Counted from the stretch's first letter, positions 37,903 through 49,985 are shown. The stretch is 64,000 nucleotides of DNA from Myxococcales bacterium (GCA_047601445.1 JASGJH010000001.1:8864001-8928000), one strand, 5' to 3'. The notes: generated by a model from the sequence alone, not told the origin. Numbers and translations are program-made.

Positions 37903-39233
37903 ACTCTCCGCTCGTCCGCGTGTTGGTGGCGATCCTCAAGTTGCTCTTGAGGTTGGTGATCCTCGCGATGACGGGCGAGTGGGTGGATCTCGACAAGCTC
38001 GGAAAGAAGGCGACGCAGAGCGCTCCCGCGGTTCCTTCGAGCCCCGCCCCCGAGCGCGCAGCATGGCTCCAACGCTTGCAGGCCGCGCAGGCGCGGCAGC
38101 CCGAGCACACGCGTGCCTGGCGTGAGCACCTCGCTGACTTCGCAGGCGACTCCGGCGCGGCCCTCGAACAGCACCTGCGCGACCAGGGGGTGGCCCTCAA
38201 GCAACGTCGCTTCGTGGCGCTCCACGCCGAGCCGGGTGACCTCAGCTGGATGCGCGAGCTGCGTGCCCACACGCGCTATTGGCCGCTTGCGATCCCGCCG
38301 AGCGCCGAGGCCTCCCTCGCGCTCTACGCAACCATCGCGCGCGAGCGTGCCCTGGCCTTCGCCGAAGATGTCCCGGGGCTCCTCGATCGGCTGCGGCGAA
38401 TCCACGGCTGGCCGGCCTTCTTGCCCCTGCCCGCGCTGGTGGAACGCCCGGACCTGGCACGAGGCGCCTTCGGGGTGTGGCTGGCTCCACTGGTGGCGGA
38501 CGTGTTGGCCACGTTGCAACTTGGGCCCGGCTACGCCGAGGCCATGCTGTCGCGCATGCTGCCCCTCGCGCCTGCGAGTGCGCCCGGGAACGCCCTGCTC
38601 GACGAGACACCACCTCAGCTGCTGCGTTTGGCCGTGTCCCTGGGAACGCTGGAGTTCTTGGGCTACTTCGATGAAGGCGAGCGCCTCGAGAAAGAGCTGA
38701 ACAGGAACTTCGGAGCAGAGCCCGAGCTGCAGATTCCGGTGGGGCCCTGGTCTCCGCTCGGGGTGGTCCGCGTGCCCTATCCGGTGTGGCAGGCCGAGCT
38801 CAGCGCGTTACTCGGGTCAATGCTCGAGGACGTGCAGCCCGCGCTCGGTGGCGAAGGCTTGCTGGACGCCCCCGGGGTCGCCTTTCTCCACGCCGAGATG
38901 GCGCGGGCAGGGCGCCTCTCTGGCGCGCTCTCGGGGGATGGCGGACTCGCGGTTGAGGAGGGCAGCGCGCGGGATTGGCTGGCTGCGGCGCTGTTGGTCT
39001 GGAATCAGGGCAACATTCCTGAGCGGGAACTCGTGCGCCGCCTACTTCGGGCTCTCCGGGCCCCGGACCCCAGCGCACCGGCCGGCTCCAGGGCAGCCGG
39101 TTCAGCACCGGGGTCGGCCCCCGGCGTGCGCACGCTTGCAGAGGGGCTGCGGCAACCTAGTGTCATGCGAGACGCCATCGTGCTCGGGGCGCTCTTGGGG
39201 CCCCGTCGGACCTCGCTGCGAAAGCGCCCCTGA
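37899..39233 (+). CDS. Hypothetical membrane-anchored protein (444 aa)
   Basis: N-terminal hydrophobic helix, LVADVLA...LGPGY, C-terminal MRDAIVLGALLGP. Coupled to the floA operon. Confidence 0.6.
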   Translation: MNSPLVRVLVAILKLLLRLVILAMTGEWVDLDKLGKKATQSAPAVPSSPAPERAAWLQRLQAAQARQPEHTRAWREHLADFAGDSGAALEQHLRDQGVALKQRRFVALHAEPGDLSWMRELRAHTRYWPLAIPPSAEASLALYATIARERALAFAEDVPGLLDRLRRIHGWPAFLPLPALVERPDLARGAFGVWLAPLVADVLATLQLGPGYAEAMLSRMLPLAPASAPGNALLDETPPQLLRLAVSLGTLEFLGYFDEGERLEKELNRNFGAEPELQIPVGPWSPLGVVRVPYPVWQAELSALLGSMLEDVQPALGGEGLLDAPGVAFLHAEMARAGRLSGALSGDGGLAVEEGSARDWLAAALLVWNQGNIPERELVRRLLRALRAPDPSAPAGSRAAGSAPGSAPGVRTLAEGLRQPSVMRDAIVLGALLGPRRTSLRKRP

Positions 39234-39413
39234 ATGGCACCCGGAGCCGTCCCGGCGCGACCGGACAAAACGCCGCTGGCCTGGGACCCTTGTCGAAACG
39301 AATTCGGTCTGACAGGATGCGCGGCGCGGCGCCCTGGGTGACGGCATGCGTGATCCGTCACGCGCCAAGAAGCCACGAAGTTACCGCTAGTTGCGCGATG
39401 GAGGCACAGGCAG

Positions 39414-41339
39414 ATGAGCAGGCTGGAGCAGACGAAGTCCACGGTTTATGAGCTTCAGTGTCTGTGGCGGGTCGCGAAGCGACTCGATCGCTTCGCCAAG
39501 AACCGCCCCTGGAGCGCGTCGCGCCTCCTCGATGAGCGCGTCGAACAGGCCCCCAATAACCTCGCCATTGCGTTCCTCGAGGAGCGCTACACGTGGCGTG
39601 ACGTCGATCGCCGCGTGAACCAGTTCGCCCGCTTCTTCCAGAGTCGGGGCATCGGACGCGGGGACGTGGTTGCCATCCTCATGGACAACCGTCCTGAGTA
39701 CCTGTTCGCCGTGGTCGCGCTCAATCGACTGCGCGCTATCGCCTCCTTGATCAACACCAACGCCACGGGCACGCCGCTCACGCATGCGGTCAATGTGTGC
39801 AAGGCGAAGGCCGTGCTGGTTGGCTCCGAGCACGCGGAGGCTCTCGCGGAGGTGCGCTCGAATCTCACCGCGGTAGACGACCGCTTCTGGATGCTGCTCG
39901 ACAAGGCCGCCGAGGCCCCCACCAGCGTGGGCTTCGAGGCTGTCGGCGCCGCCATCGCGGGACAGTCGGACGCGCGGCCCTCGGGCGTTGCGATCCCGAA
40001 TAGCTCCGAGGTGATGTGTTACATCTACACCTCTGGCACCACGGGCTTGCCCAAGGCAGCCATCATCACCAACAAGCGCTATCTGGCGGGTGCTTACATG
40101 TTCGGCGGAGCCTCGATGGAGGCCACGACGCGCGATATCATCTACCTGCCGCTCCCGCTCTATCACTCGAACGGTATCATCATCGGCTTCGGCTCTTCGC
40201 TGGTCAGCGGCGCCGCGGTGGTGTTGCGGCGCAAGTTCTCCTCCTCGCAATTCTGGGACGACGTCCGCAAGTACGACGCCTCGATCTTCGTCTACATCGG
40301 TGAGCTCTGCCGCTATCTGCTGAACGCACCCAAGAGTCCCAACGAGCGCAGCCACCGTCTGCGCGTGGCGGTCGGCAACGGCCTGCGCCCCGACGCCTGG
40401 GAGCCTTTCCAGCGCCGCTTCGGAGTGCCCCTGATCCGCGAGTTCTACGCGGCCACCGAGGGCAACGCCCCGATCGTCAACTTCGAGGGACGCCCCGGCA
40501 TGTTGGGGCGCCTCAAGCCTGGCCAAGTGCTGGTGCGCTGCGATGAAGCGAGCGGCGAGATCCGCCGCAACGCGCAGGGCTTCTGTGATCGCATCGATGT
40601 AGGTGAGAAGGGCATCCTGCTGGGGCATATCAACCCTTTGCTCACCTTCGATGGCTACGTCGACAAGAGCGCCACCGACAAGAAGATCATGCGCAACGTG
40701 TTCCGTCAGGGGGACGCCTACTTCAACACGGGCGATCTGCTGCAGCTGCACGATGACGCCTGGGTCTCCTTCGCCGACCGCGTGGGCGATACCTTCCGCT
40801 GGAAGGGTGAAAACGTGTCCACCAACGAGGTCGCCGAGGTGCTGAACGGCGCCAAGGGTGTGCTCGAAAGCAACGTGTACGGTGTGTCCGTGCCGGGAGC
40901 GGAGGGACGCGCGGGCATGGCCAGCATCAACGCCAACGGCGAACTCGACCTCAGCGAATTCGCCCGCTACGTCGTCAGTCGGCTGCCTGTGTATCAGCGG
41001 CCGTACTTCCTGCGGCTCCAGCAGGAGATGCGTATCACCGGGACCTTCAAGCACCAGAAGACCGGTTACCGCGACGAGGGCTTCGACCCGACCAAGGTGA
41101 GCGATCCGCTCTACTTCCTGGATGGCGACACCTACGTTCCCATCGATCAGTCGCTGTTTCAGCGCATCCAGGCTGGCGAGAATCGGTCCGCGCTGAGCGC
41201 GGTCGCGGCTGCGACACGGGCTAGCGAGCGCCGTGCGCTGTTCGCCGGCGAGCTCCGCGGCCGACGTCGACAACAAGCACTACATGGAGACGATTGGGCC
41301 GCGGCCCAAGTTACGACTCCCAGTTGCGGCGCGTGCTGA
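39414..41339 (+). CDS. Long-chain acyl-CoA synthetase, FATP/FadD6-like (true stop may be 41196)
   Basis: YIYTSGTTGLPKA, YIGELCRYL, GNGLR, EFYAATEG, DRVGDTFRWKGENVST, TGTFK. Confidence 0.92.
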   Translation: MSRLEQTKSTVYELQCLWRVAKRLDRFAKNRPWSASRLLDERVEQAPNNLAIAFLEERYTWRDVDRRVNQFARFFQSRGIGRGDVVAILMDNRPEYLFAVVALNRLRAIASLINTNATGTPLTHAVNVCKAKAVLVGSEHAEALAEVRSNLTAVDDRFWMLLDKAAEAPTSVGFEAVGAAIAGQSDARPSGVAIPNSSEVMCYIYTSGTTGLPKAAIITNKRYLAGAYMFGGASMEATTRDIIYLPLPLYHSNGIIIGFGSSLVSGAAVVLRRKFSSSQFWDDVRKYDASIFVYIGELCRYLLNAPKSPNERSHRLRVAVGNGLRPDAWEPFQRRFGVPLIREFYAATEGNAPIVNFEGRPGMLGRLKPGQVLVRCDEASGEIRRNAQGFCDRIDVGEKGILLGHINPLLTFDGYVDKSATDKKIMRNVFRQGDAYFNTGDLLQLHDDAWVSFADRVGDTFRWKGENVSTNEVAEVLNGAKGVLESNVYGVSVPGAEGRAGMASINANGELDLSEFARYVVSRLPVYQRPYFLRLQQEMRITGTFKHQKTGYRDEGFDPTKVSDPLYFLDGDTYVPIDQSLFQRIQAGENRSALSAVAAATRASERRALFAGELRGRRRQQALHGDDWAAAQVTTPSCGAC

Positions 41340-41416
41340 GATAGAATCGACGGGTCTTTCGGAGTCCTGCCGGCCGCGTTTCAGCGGCCCTTCGCAGCCT
41401 CCACCAGCGGCACGGC

Positions 41417-44400
41417 GTGCCAAGCCCATCGATGCGCGGATCGAAACACTACCTCGACGCCTTTGCGACCCTCCACGAACTTCCCAACGCCGACGAGCTG
41501 AGGGCCACCTGGCGTCAAAGCATGGCCACGCTGGCGGAGGCCACGCTGGAGTCGCGCGGAGTTCCGCTCGAAGGGCTTCACCCCGACCAGCTGCTCGCCG
41601 GCGTGCGCGTTGCCATGGCGTCCAACTTGATGGACGACCTGGGCTTCCTGTCGGCGCCCGCCGCAGCCTGTGCGCTGTATGGTCTTGCATCGGCACTGCC
41701 CCACGGCGCGGAGCGCCGCGAGCTGGGTCGCCGGGTGCTGCTGCGCCTCCATGAGAGCGATGCCGCCACCTTCGTCTCCCTGGCCACCGCCGTAGCGCTG
41801 GGCTCCACGCGCGCCTTCGAGGGTGCGGCCATGCGCGCGCGGGTCGGGCTCTCCCTGGTCTTGCCCATCGGTACGGGCACGCCTGCCGACGCGTTGGCGT
41901 TGGCGCTCATCTCTCGTCGCGAACTGGCGCAGCGCTGGTTGGTGGAGCCGTCCACCGGTTCCCTGCCCGCGCGCCGCATGGCCGCGCGTCTGCTCGAGCG
42001 CGCCGCGCGCGAGGCCGCGCGTCGTGCGGCCCAGGGCGACGACGGCGGGCTCGGCCTGTTCGACTCCCACATGGTGCAGACCGCGTGGAACTACCTGATG
42101 AGCGATCGCGAGCCGCTGGTATGGCGCCACATCGCCACCGGCCGCGGCCTGCTCTCGGCCGTGATGCCCCGCTTCACCGAAGAGGTCGAGCGCGACCTGC
42201 TTGCCACGGCCTCCTTCTCGCGCTGGCGCCGCGGTGCGACCTCGCTCGCTGCCCGCGTGGCCTTGCGTCCCAACGAAGCCGTGGCGCGCGCCCGCGACGT
42301 GCTCGGCGGCAGTCTGCTCGGGCGTGATCCCGGTATGGCAGCGGCCATGATCTACGGCCTGCCGCGCGCGGCCGAGGTCGAGCCCGACGCCGCAGAGGAA
42401 CTCTTGATGGCCGCCACGGAGCGTGGCGGGGTACTCGCTGCGGAGGCGCTGGTCGATCTCCGGCGCGAGTGGTTCGGCTCGAGCTTCGGCCTGAAGGCCG
42501 CCGAAGTCGCGCGCGTGCAGCTGCGGCAGAAGCATGGCGGCGACAGCAGTGACGACGGCCAGGTCGCCTTGATCGATGTACTCTGCGAGGAGCTCGGAGA
42601 ACGCGGCGAAGACCGCGCGCCGAGCTTGCCCGACCGCGTGTTCAAGGCCTTGAGCGCGTTCGGCAACAAGAGCGCGCGCGCCGCCTACGAGCAGGCCCGG
42701 GAGGCCCTCGGGGTCGCCTCGGAGTTGCTCAAGCGCCTCGAGAGCCTCAACGAGTCGGAAGGCACCAAGGCACGTCATGAGAGCTTCCGCCTGATGCACG
42801 AGCTCGACGTGGGATTGCTCGAGTCTTCCATCCTCTCGGATCTGTTGAGCCTCGGGGCGCAGGGCAACGACACCTCCAAGACGGTGGCTCCGTTGACGGC
42901 GCTGATGACTCGCCTCAACACGAACATGATGACGTACGAGACCGCGCCCCACATGGGTGGCGAAACGGTCCCTCACCTCACGCTGCGTATGCGGCGCCTG
43001 CGCACGCTGTTGCATCTGCTCGACTTGGACACGCGGCAGGGTGACGAACGCACGAGTCCAGGTGGCGACCCGCGCGTGCAACGGCTCGACACCATCCGCA
43101 GGTTGTTCGAGCGCGTCCGCGACGATGCCTCGAGTCCCATGGATCGCATCGTCCACGCGTCGGTGGCCCGTGGTTGTGACAGCTTGGTGCGCGACGAAAT
43201 CTTCGAGCTCTCCGACGTGGTGTTGGCCGCTGCCGCCAACGTGCCGACGCCCGAGGGATTCGCGGCGCTTTCCGAAGGCTCGATGCTGCCCGAGGTCAAG
43301 CTCTGCCTGAAGGCGCTGGCCGGCCTCGTGCGCACCTTGTTCAAGGCTGGGCGCGACTCGGGCGGACAGCAGGCCCTGATGGACGCGCTGGTGGAGCTTT
43401 CCCACGCACTCCCTGCCGAGAGCTCTCCGCGCACCGAGGGATTGCGCTCGAACCTGCTTCGGCTGGCCCGCGCGCTCCGCTTCGTGGGCCAGGCGCGGTC
43501 CCTGCGCGAAATCGCGCAGGAGCAGCGCGCCATGGAGCTGCTCGAGATCGCGGTCGACGAGCTGGTCCACCTGGCCGCGGGCGCACGGCGTCGGCTGAAC
43601 TCCAGGGGGCCCATCTCGTCGCCCAACGCAGGAGAAGCGGTTTCCACCCTGGGGCTTGCGGTCGAGCGCGCCGTCCAGGACCAAGACGACTCGCGCGCCG
43701 CCATCGAGGTGGCGCTGGACGCCCTCGACCAGAGCCTGCGCGCCGAGCTTCCGCCCATGTTCGGCGGCCTGATCATGAACATCCTGCGTCCGCTCGCGGA
43801 TCGACCGCTCGAGGCCCCCAAGGTTACGCGCAACTCGGGCGTGCAGGCGCCCGTGCCAGTCGAGGATCGCCCGCTGCCCGCCTGGTTACCACCCGCGCGC
43901 ACGCTCGGTGGCTTCTTCGTGGTGCGCGCGCTCGGCGCCGGTGCGGGTGGCTCGGTGTTCGTGGTCAAGCGCTCGGAGGAACGCAACGAACCGCGCGCCC
44001 CGCAGCTCGCACTCAAGGTCCCCGAGTACGACGGCAGCGCAGCTCGCTCGCTCTCCGAGGAAGAGTTCTTGCGCATGTTCCGCCAGGAGGCGGGCGCGCT
44101 GCTCGCCATTCCGCCCCACGAGAACCTCGCCAGCTTCGTGACCTTCGACGCGGGCGCCAAGCCCAAGCCGGTGTTGGTGATGGAGCTCGTGGAGGGGCCC
44201 ACCCTGGAGCGCGTTCTCGCCAAGGGCGACATGGACTGCACGCGCGGCGTCTCCCTGATCGACGGCATGCTCTCGGGCCTCGAAGCGATGCACGCGGTCG
44301 GCGTTGGACACCTCGACGTGAAGCCTTCCAACGTCATCCTGCGCGAGCGCGAGACTTTGCCCACTCAGCCCGTGCTGGTGGACTTCGGCTTGGCCGGACG

Positions 44401-44791
44401 CCACGTGCGTCCGGGCTGCGCCACCGGCAACTACGGCGCCCCCGAAATCTGGGGACTGGTGCCCGACGGCATCACGCCCTCGCCGATGTCAGCTGACGTC
44501 TACGCTCTCGGTTGCGTCGCCTACGAGGTCATGACGGGCCAAACCTTGTTCAGCGCTGCCAGCGAGATGGCCATGATCGCGGCCCACGTCAGTCACGATG
44601 GACGCCCTGCTCCGGTCGCCGCGCTCGCCGCCGAGAAGGACACGGCGCCCTTTGCCGATTGGCTCGCACGTTGTCTGCGCCAGGATCCGCGCGAGCGCGC
44701 CTCGGTGCGCGAACTGCGTCAGGGCTTGCGCGGGCTCAAGGAGTCCCTCAAGGGCTGTGAGTGGCCGATGCCGCTTCCGGCCGAGGTCTAG
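41417..44791 (+). CDS. Hanks-type Ser/Thr kinase with a large N-terminal helical region
   Basis: C-terminal LGAGAGGSV, ALK, HLDVKPSN, DFG, APE, DVYALG. Confidence 0.88.
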   Translation: MPSPSMRGSKHYLDAFATLHELPNADELRATWRQSMATLAEATLESRGVPLEGLHPDQLLAGVRVAMASNLMDDLGFLSAPAAACALYGLASALPHGAERRELGRRVLLRLHESDAATFVSLATAVALGSTRAFEGAAMRARVGLSLVLPIGTGTPADALALALISRRELAQRWLVEPSTGSLPARRMAARLLERAAREAARRAAQGDDGGLGLFDSHMVQTAWNYLMSDREPLVWRHIATGRGLLSAVMPRFTEEVERDLLATASFSRWRRGATSLAARVALRPNEAVARARDVLGGSLLGRDPGMAAAMIYGLPRAAEVEPDAAEELLMAATERGGVLAAEALVDLRREWFGSSFGLKAAEVARVQLRQKHGGDSSDDGQVALIDVLCEELGERGEDRAPSLPDRVFKALSAFGNKSARAAYEQAREALGVASELLKRLESLNESEGTKARHESFRLMHELDVGLLESSILSDLLSLGAQGNDTSKTVAPLTALMTRLNTNMMTYETAPHMGGETVPHLTLRMRRLRTLLHLLDLDTRQGDERTSPGGDPRVQRLDTIRRLFERVRDDASSPMDRIVHASVARGCDSLVRDEIFELSDVVLAAAANVPTPEGFAALSEGSMLPEVKLCLKALAGLVRTLFKAGRDSGGQQALMDALVELSHALPAESSPRTEGLRSNLLRLARALRFVGQARSLREIAQEQRAMELLEIAVDELVHLAAGARRRLNSRGPISSPNAGEAVSTLGLAVERAVQDQDDSRAAIEVALDALDQSLRAELPPMFGGLIMNILRPLADRPLEAPKVTRNSGVQAPVPVEDRPLPAWLPPARTLGGFFVVRALGAGAGGSVFVVKRSEERNEPRAPQLALKVPEYDGSAARSLSEEEFLRMFRQEAGALLAIPPHENLASFVTFDAGAKPKPVLVMELVEGPTLERVLAKGDMDCTRGVSLIDGMLSGLEAMHAVGVGHLDVKPSNVILRERETLPTQPVLVDFGLAGRHVRPGCATGNYGAPEIWGLVPDGITPSPMSADVYALGCVAYEVMTGQTLFSAASEMAMIAAHVSHDGRPAPVAALAAEKDTAPFADWLARCLRQDPRERASVRELRQGLRGLKESLKGCEWPMPLPAEV

Positions 44792-44839
44792 CAGGCGGCA
44801 GACGAAGTCAGCTACCTGCTCCCGTGCCCGCAGGCTTGC

Positions 44840-45709
44840 CTAGCCGAACACGACCGTCTTGTTGCCGTACACCAACACGCGGTCTTCGATGTGCCACTTC
44901 ACGGCGCGTGCGAGGGCGATCTTCTCCATATCGCGCCCCTTGCGTACGAGGTCGTCCACCGAGTCGCGGTGCGAGGTGCGCATCACGTCCTGCTCGATGA
45001 TCGGTCCCTCGTCGAGATCCGACGTGGCGTAGTGCGCCGTGGCGCCGATCAGCTTGACGCCTCGCTCATGGGCCCGGTGATAGGGCTTGCCGCCCATGAA
45101 CGCGGGCAAGAACGAGTGGTGGATGTTGATGATGCGATTCGGGTAGCGCGCCGTGAATTCCGGGCTCAGCACCTGCATGTAGCGGGCGAGCACGACCAAA
45201 TCCACGCGGGTGTCCTCGAGCAGCTGCCACTGCTTCTGCTCTTGCTCGGCCTTGTTGACCTTGTCGATCGGGAACACGTGGAACGGCACGTTGAACTGCG
45301 CGGCCACCGGCGCGAGGTCCGCGTGATTGCTCACCACCAGGCTGATCTCGCAGGCGAGCTCGCCGGCACGGTGACGCAAGAGCAGGTCGTAGAGGCAGTG
45401 GTCGTACTTGGAGACGAAGATCGCGACCCGCTTCGGTACGCTCTCGTACGCGAGCCGGTACGTCATGTCGAAGCGCTGCGCGACCTCGGCCAAGCCACGC
45501 TCGAGCACGAGCTTGTCGGTGTGGAGCTCGCGCACGTCGAAGCGGATGCGCTGGAAGAACATCGAGGCCACCGCATCGGTGTGCTGGTCGGCGTCGACGA
45601 TGTTGCAACCATATCCGTAGAGAAACTGGGCCAGCGCCGCCACCAGTCCCTTGCGGTCCGGGCAGCTCACCAGCAGCGTCGCCAGGGTTCCCTTGTCGCT
45701 CGTCGCCAT
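44840..45709 (-). CDS. purU: Formyltetrahydrofolate deformylase
   Basis: N-terminal ACT domain, VSKYDHCL, LARYMQ, INIHHSFLPAF, GATAHY, DEGPIIEQ. Confidence 0.95.
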   Translation of the reverse strand: MATSDKGTLATLLVSCPDRKGLVAALAQFLYGYGCNIVDADQHTDAVASMFFQRIRFDVRELHTDKLVLERGLAEVAQRFDMTYRLAYESVPKRVAIFVSKYDHCLYDLLLRHRAGELACEISLVVSNHADLAPVAAQFNVPFHVFPIDKVNKAEQEQKQWQLLEDTRVDLVVLARYMQVLSPEFTARYPNRIINIHHSFLPAFMGGKPYHRAHERGVKLIGATAHYATSDLDEGPIIEQDVMRTSHRDSVDDLVRKGRDMEKIALARAVKWHIEDRVLVYGNKTVVFG

Positions 45710-45716
45710 CTCGAGA

Positions 45717-46787
45717 TCAGCCCTTGTTGAGGCGAGCGCGTCGTGCGCGCACGGCCGCCGCGAGCTCGTCCAGCACGGGCACCGTCTCGCTCCAGCCGAG
45801 ACACGCATCGGTGATGCTCTGTCCGTACACGGCCTGACCGGGCTTGTAGTCCTGGCGACCACCCACGAGGTGGCTCTCCAACATCACGCCGAACACCCGC
45901 GACTCACCCGCCGCCAGCTGTTCGCCGATGGCAGCCAGCACCTTGGGTTGATTGCGGTGATCCTTGCTGCTGTTGCCGTGGCTGGCGTCGATCATGATGC
46001 GAGGCGGTTGCTTGGCCGCCTCCAATGCGCGTGCCGCCTGCTCCACGTGCTCGGCACCGAAGTTCGGGCCCGTGTTGGAGCCGCGCAGGATCACGTGACA
46101 GCGATCGTTGCCCTTGGTGGCCACGATGGCGTGGATGCCCTGCTTGGTGACCGACAGAAAATGATGGGGGTGGCTGGCAGCCCTGATCGCGTCGACCGCG
46201 ATCTGCACGTTGCCGTCGGTGCCGTTCTTGAAGCCCACGGGCATCGACAAGCCGGAGGCCAGCTCGCGGTGCACCTGGCTCTCCGTGGTGCGGGCGCCGA
46301 TCGCTCCCCAGCTCACCAGGTCCGCGATGAACTGCGGCGTGATGGTGTCGAGGAACTCCGTGGCACACGGAACACCCAGGTTGAGCAGCTCCACCAGGAG
46401 TCCGCGCGCCAGCCGCAGTCCCTTGTTGATCGCGAAGCTCCCATCGAGAAGTGGGTCATTGATCAACCCCTTCCAACCCACGGTCGTGCGGGGCTTTTCG
46501 AAGTACACCCGCATCACGATCAACAGATCGTTGCGGAGACGCTTGGCCTCGATGGCGAGCTTCTGCCCGTACTCGATGGCGGCGTTCACGTCGTGGATCG
46601 AACAGGGGCCGACCACCACCAGCATGCGGTCATCGCGCCCGTCCATGACGTCGCGCACCTGCAGTCTGGATTCGGCCACCACCCGCGAGCCTTCTTCGGT
46701 GATCGGGATCTCTTCGATCAGGATTGCCGGAGGAATCAGCGGTCTGATCTTGTCGATGCGCAGGTCGTCGGTCGGATAGAAAGACAT
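45717..46787 (-). CDS. Class I-alpha DAHP synthase (AroF/AroG/AroH type)
   Basis: GPCSIHD, RVYFEKPRTTVGWKG, IGARTTESQ.HRE, DASHGNS, SITDAC. Confidence 0.93.
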   Translation of the reverse strand: MSFYPTDDLRIDKIRPLIPPAILIEEIPITEEGSRVVAESRLQVRDVMDGRDDRMLVVVGPCSIHDVNAAIEYGQKLAIEAKRLRNDLLIVMRVYFEKPRTTVGWKGLINDPLLDGSFAINKGLRLARGLLVELLNLGVPCATEFLDTITPQFIADLVSWGAIGARTTESQVHRELASGLSMPVGFKNGTDGNVQIAVDAIRAASHPHHFLSVTKQGIHAIVATKGNDRCHVILRGSNTGPNFGAEHVEQAARALEAAKQPPRIMIDASHGNSSKDHRNQPKVLAAIGEQLAAGESRVFGVMLESHLVGGRQDYKPGQAVYGQSITDACLGWSETVPVLDELAAAVRARRARLNKG

Positions 46788-46861
46788 GGCGTTGGTTCCG
46801 GGGCAAAAGCGTGGGCTAGCGAAAGCTGAGGGGAGGGCCTTCGGAAGGCGCTTGAATGGCG

Positions 46862-47164
46862 TTAGGGGTCCCTCGGTAGTTCGATCTTGGGCTTGTGAGG
46901 GTGACGCTTGTACAGGACGACGACTCGGCCGATGAGTCCGGCGAGCTCGGCCTTCACCATGTTAGGCAGCCGGTCGGCCAGCTCCTGACGCTCCAGGGGC
47001 GCGGTATCGAGCAAGCGAACCTTGATCAGTTCGTGGGCCAGCAGGGCGTCCTTCACCGCTTCGAGCACGGTCTCCGACAAGCCTTCTTTGCCAACCATGA
47101 CCACCGGATTGAGCGCATGCGCTTCGGCGCGCAGGAACCGGCGCTGTTTTCCCGTCAAACTCAT
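46862..47164 (-). CDS. yhbY: YhbY/CRM-domain RNA-binding protein
   Basis: LTGKQRRFLR.EAH.LNP..VGKEG, HELIKV. Confidence 0.9.
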   Translation of the reverse strand: MSLTGKQRRFLRAEAHALNPVVMVGKEGLSETVLEAVKDALLAHELIKVRLLDTAPLERQELADRLPNMVKAELAGLIGRVVVLYKRHPHKPKIELPRDP

Positions 47165-47251
47165 AGGGGACCAGAGGTTAGCACGGGCTTGGGACACTGC
47201 CCCGGCGACGCGCGCCTGACGCGCGCGTGCGCTCCTTGGAGAGCTCTGCTC

Positions 47252-47716
47252 TCAGCCCATCTTCAAGAGCTGGGTGGCCTCTTGAGGATCGATGGCCCAA
47301 AGCAACCGGCCCCCCTCGATCCAGACGGCCTCGCTAGGAGCAAATGCGACCGAAGCCCCGCCCGTCAGCAGCTGCGCCACGTCGCCCAGGGTGGGCATGT
47401 GGCCGAAGGCCGCGATGTGCCCATCGAGGCTAGCCAGGTCGCGCGCGGCCATGTCGGCTGGGACCGTGTAGGACAGCGAGGGCAGGCTCACCACCGGGCC
47501 GGCGAACCCCAGCACATGGGCGAAAATTTCGGCGGTTTGGACGGCTCGGACGCGTGGGCTCGTCACCATGCGCGTGAACGAAATACCCTTGTCTTTCAAC
47601 GACTCCGCCACTGCGTGGGCTTTGCTGCGACCGCTCGCCGTGAGCCAGCGAGCGGAGTCATCTACCTGGCCAACGGCTTGAGCAGCGTCCGAGTGTCGCA
47701 CCAGCAGAAGCCCCAT
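47252..47716 (-). CDS. SixA-like phosphohistidine phosphatase
   Basis: VRHSDA, LT..G, TSP..RA.QTA, GHMP. Confidence 0.8.
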   Translation of the reverse strand: MGLLLVRHSDAAQAVGQVDDSARWLTASGRSKAHAVAESLKDKGISFTRMVTSPRVRAVQTAEIFAHVLGFAGPVVSLPSLSYTVPADMAARDLASLDGHIAAFGHMPTLGDVAQLLTGGASVAFAPSEAVWIEGGRLLWAIDPQEATQLLKMG

Positions 47717-47782
47717 GGGTCGCCCTCTTGTCCGGACGCGCGGATGCGCGCGCCAGCGAGAAAAGAACCAACGCGGGCTAGT

Positions 47783-48266
47783 TCATGCGCCGCGGTTAAC
47801 GCGACGATACAACGGACGGGGGTCATCTGTCGCTGCCTGGTAAGTCACCGAGAAATCGGCCAGACAGCGCAGCGCGGCATCCAGGTCCTTGCCTTCGACC
47901 AGCTCATAGGCATCGAAGCCGCAGCGATGCATGTAGAACAGCTGATCGCCGAGTACCTCTCCCACGGCCCGCAGCTCGCCCTTGTAGGCGTGCCGCTCGC
48001 GCAGGAGCCGGGCCTTGGAGTAGCCGCGGCCGTCCCCGAACTTCGGGAAGTTGATGGCCACGAGCGCCACCTTGGGGAGCACTGCCACCAGCGCCGCGAG
48101 ATCGTCCTCCGGGTCCACCCGCACGCCGAGCTTGCCCTTGTGGGCGGCCAGTGCGGCGGCGTCGTTCGCGAAACGCGCGAGCCCCACCACCACGTCACCG
48201 GTCTCGGGCACGGGTTGGCCGTCGGGCACGCTCTGCCAGCTGTCGCCCGAGACTACTTGTGTTCCT

Positions 48267-48280
<14 letters not shown>
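47783..48280 (-). CDS. DUF934 protein (sulfite-reductase associated)
   Basis: FPKFGDGRGYS.ARLLR, GELRAVG, RCGFD. Confidence 0.85.
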
Positions 48281-49931
<1,651 letters not shown>

Positions 49932-49985
49932 GGGATTCCTCTCGATCCTCGATTCGGGGTGCGTCGGGCTTGGCCCGCGCGGGGT

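Noticed and set aside
39234..39250. TGGCAC as a sigma54 promoter for the acyl-CoA synthetase
   Set aside because: There is no GC at the required GG-N10-GC position.
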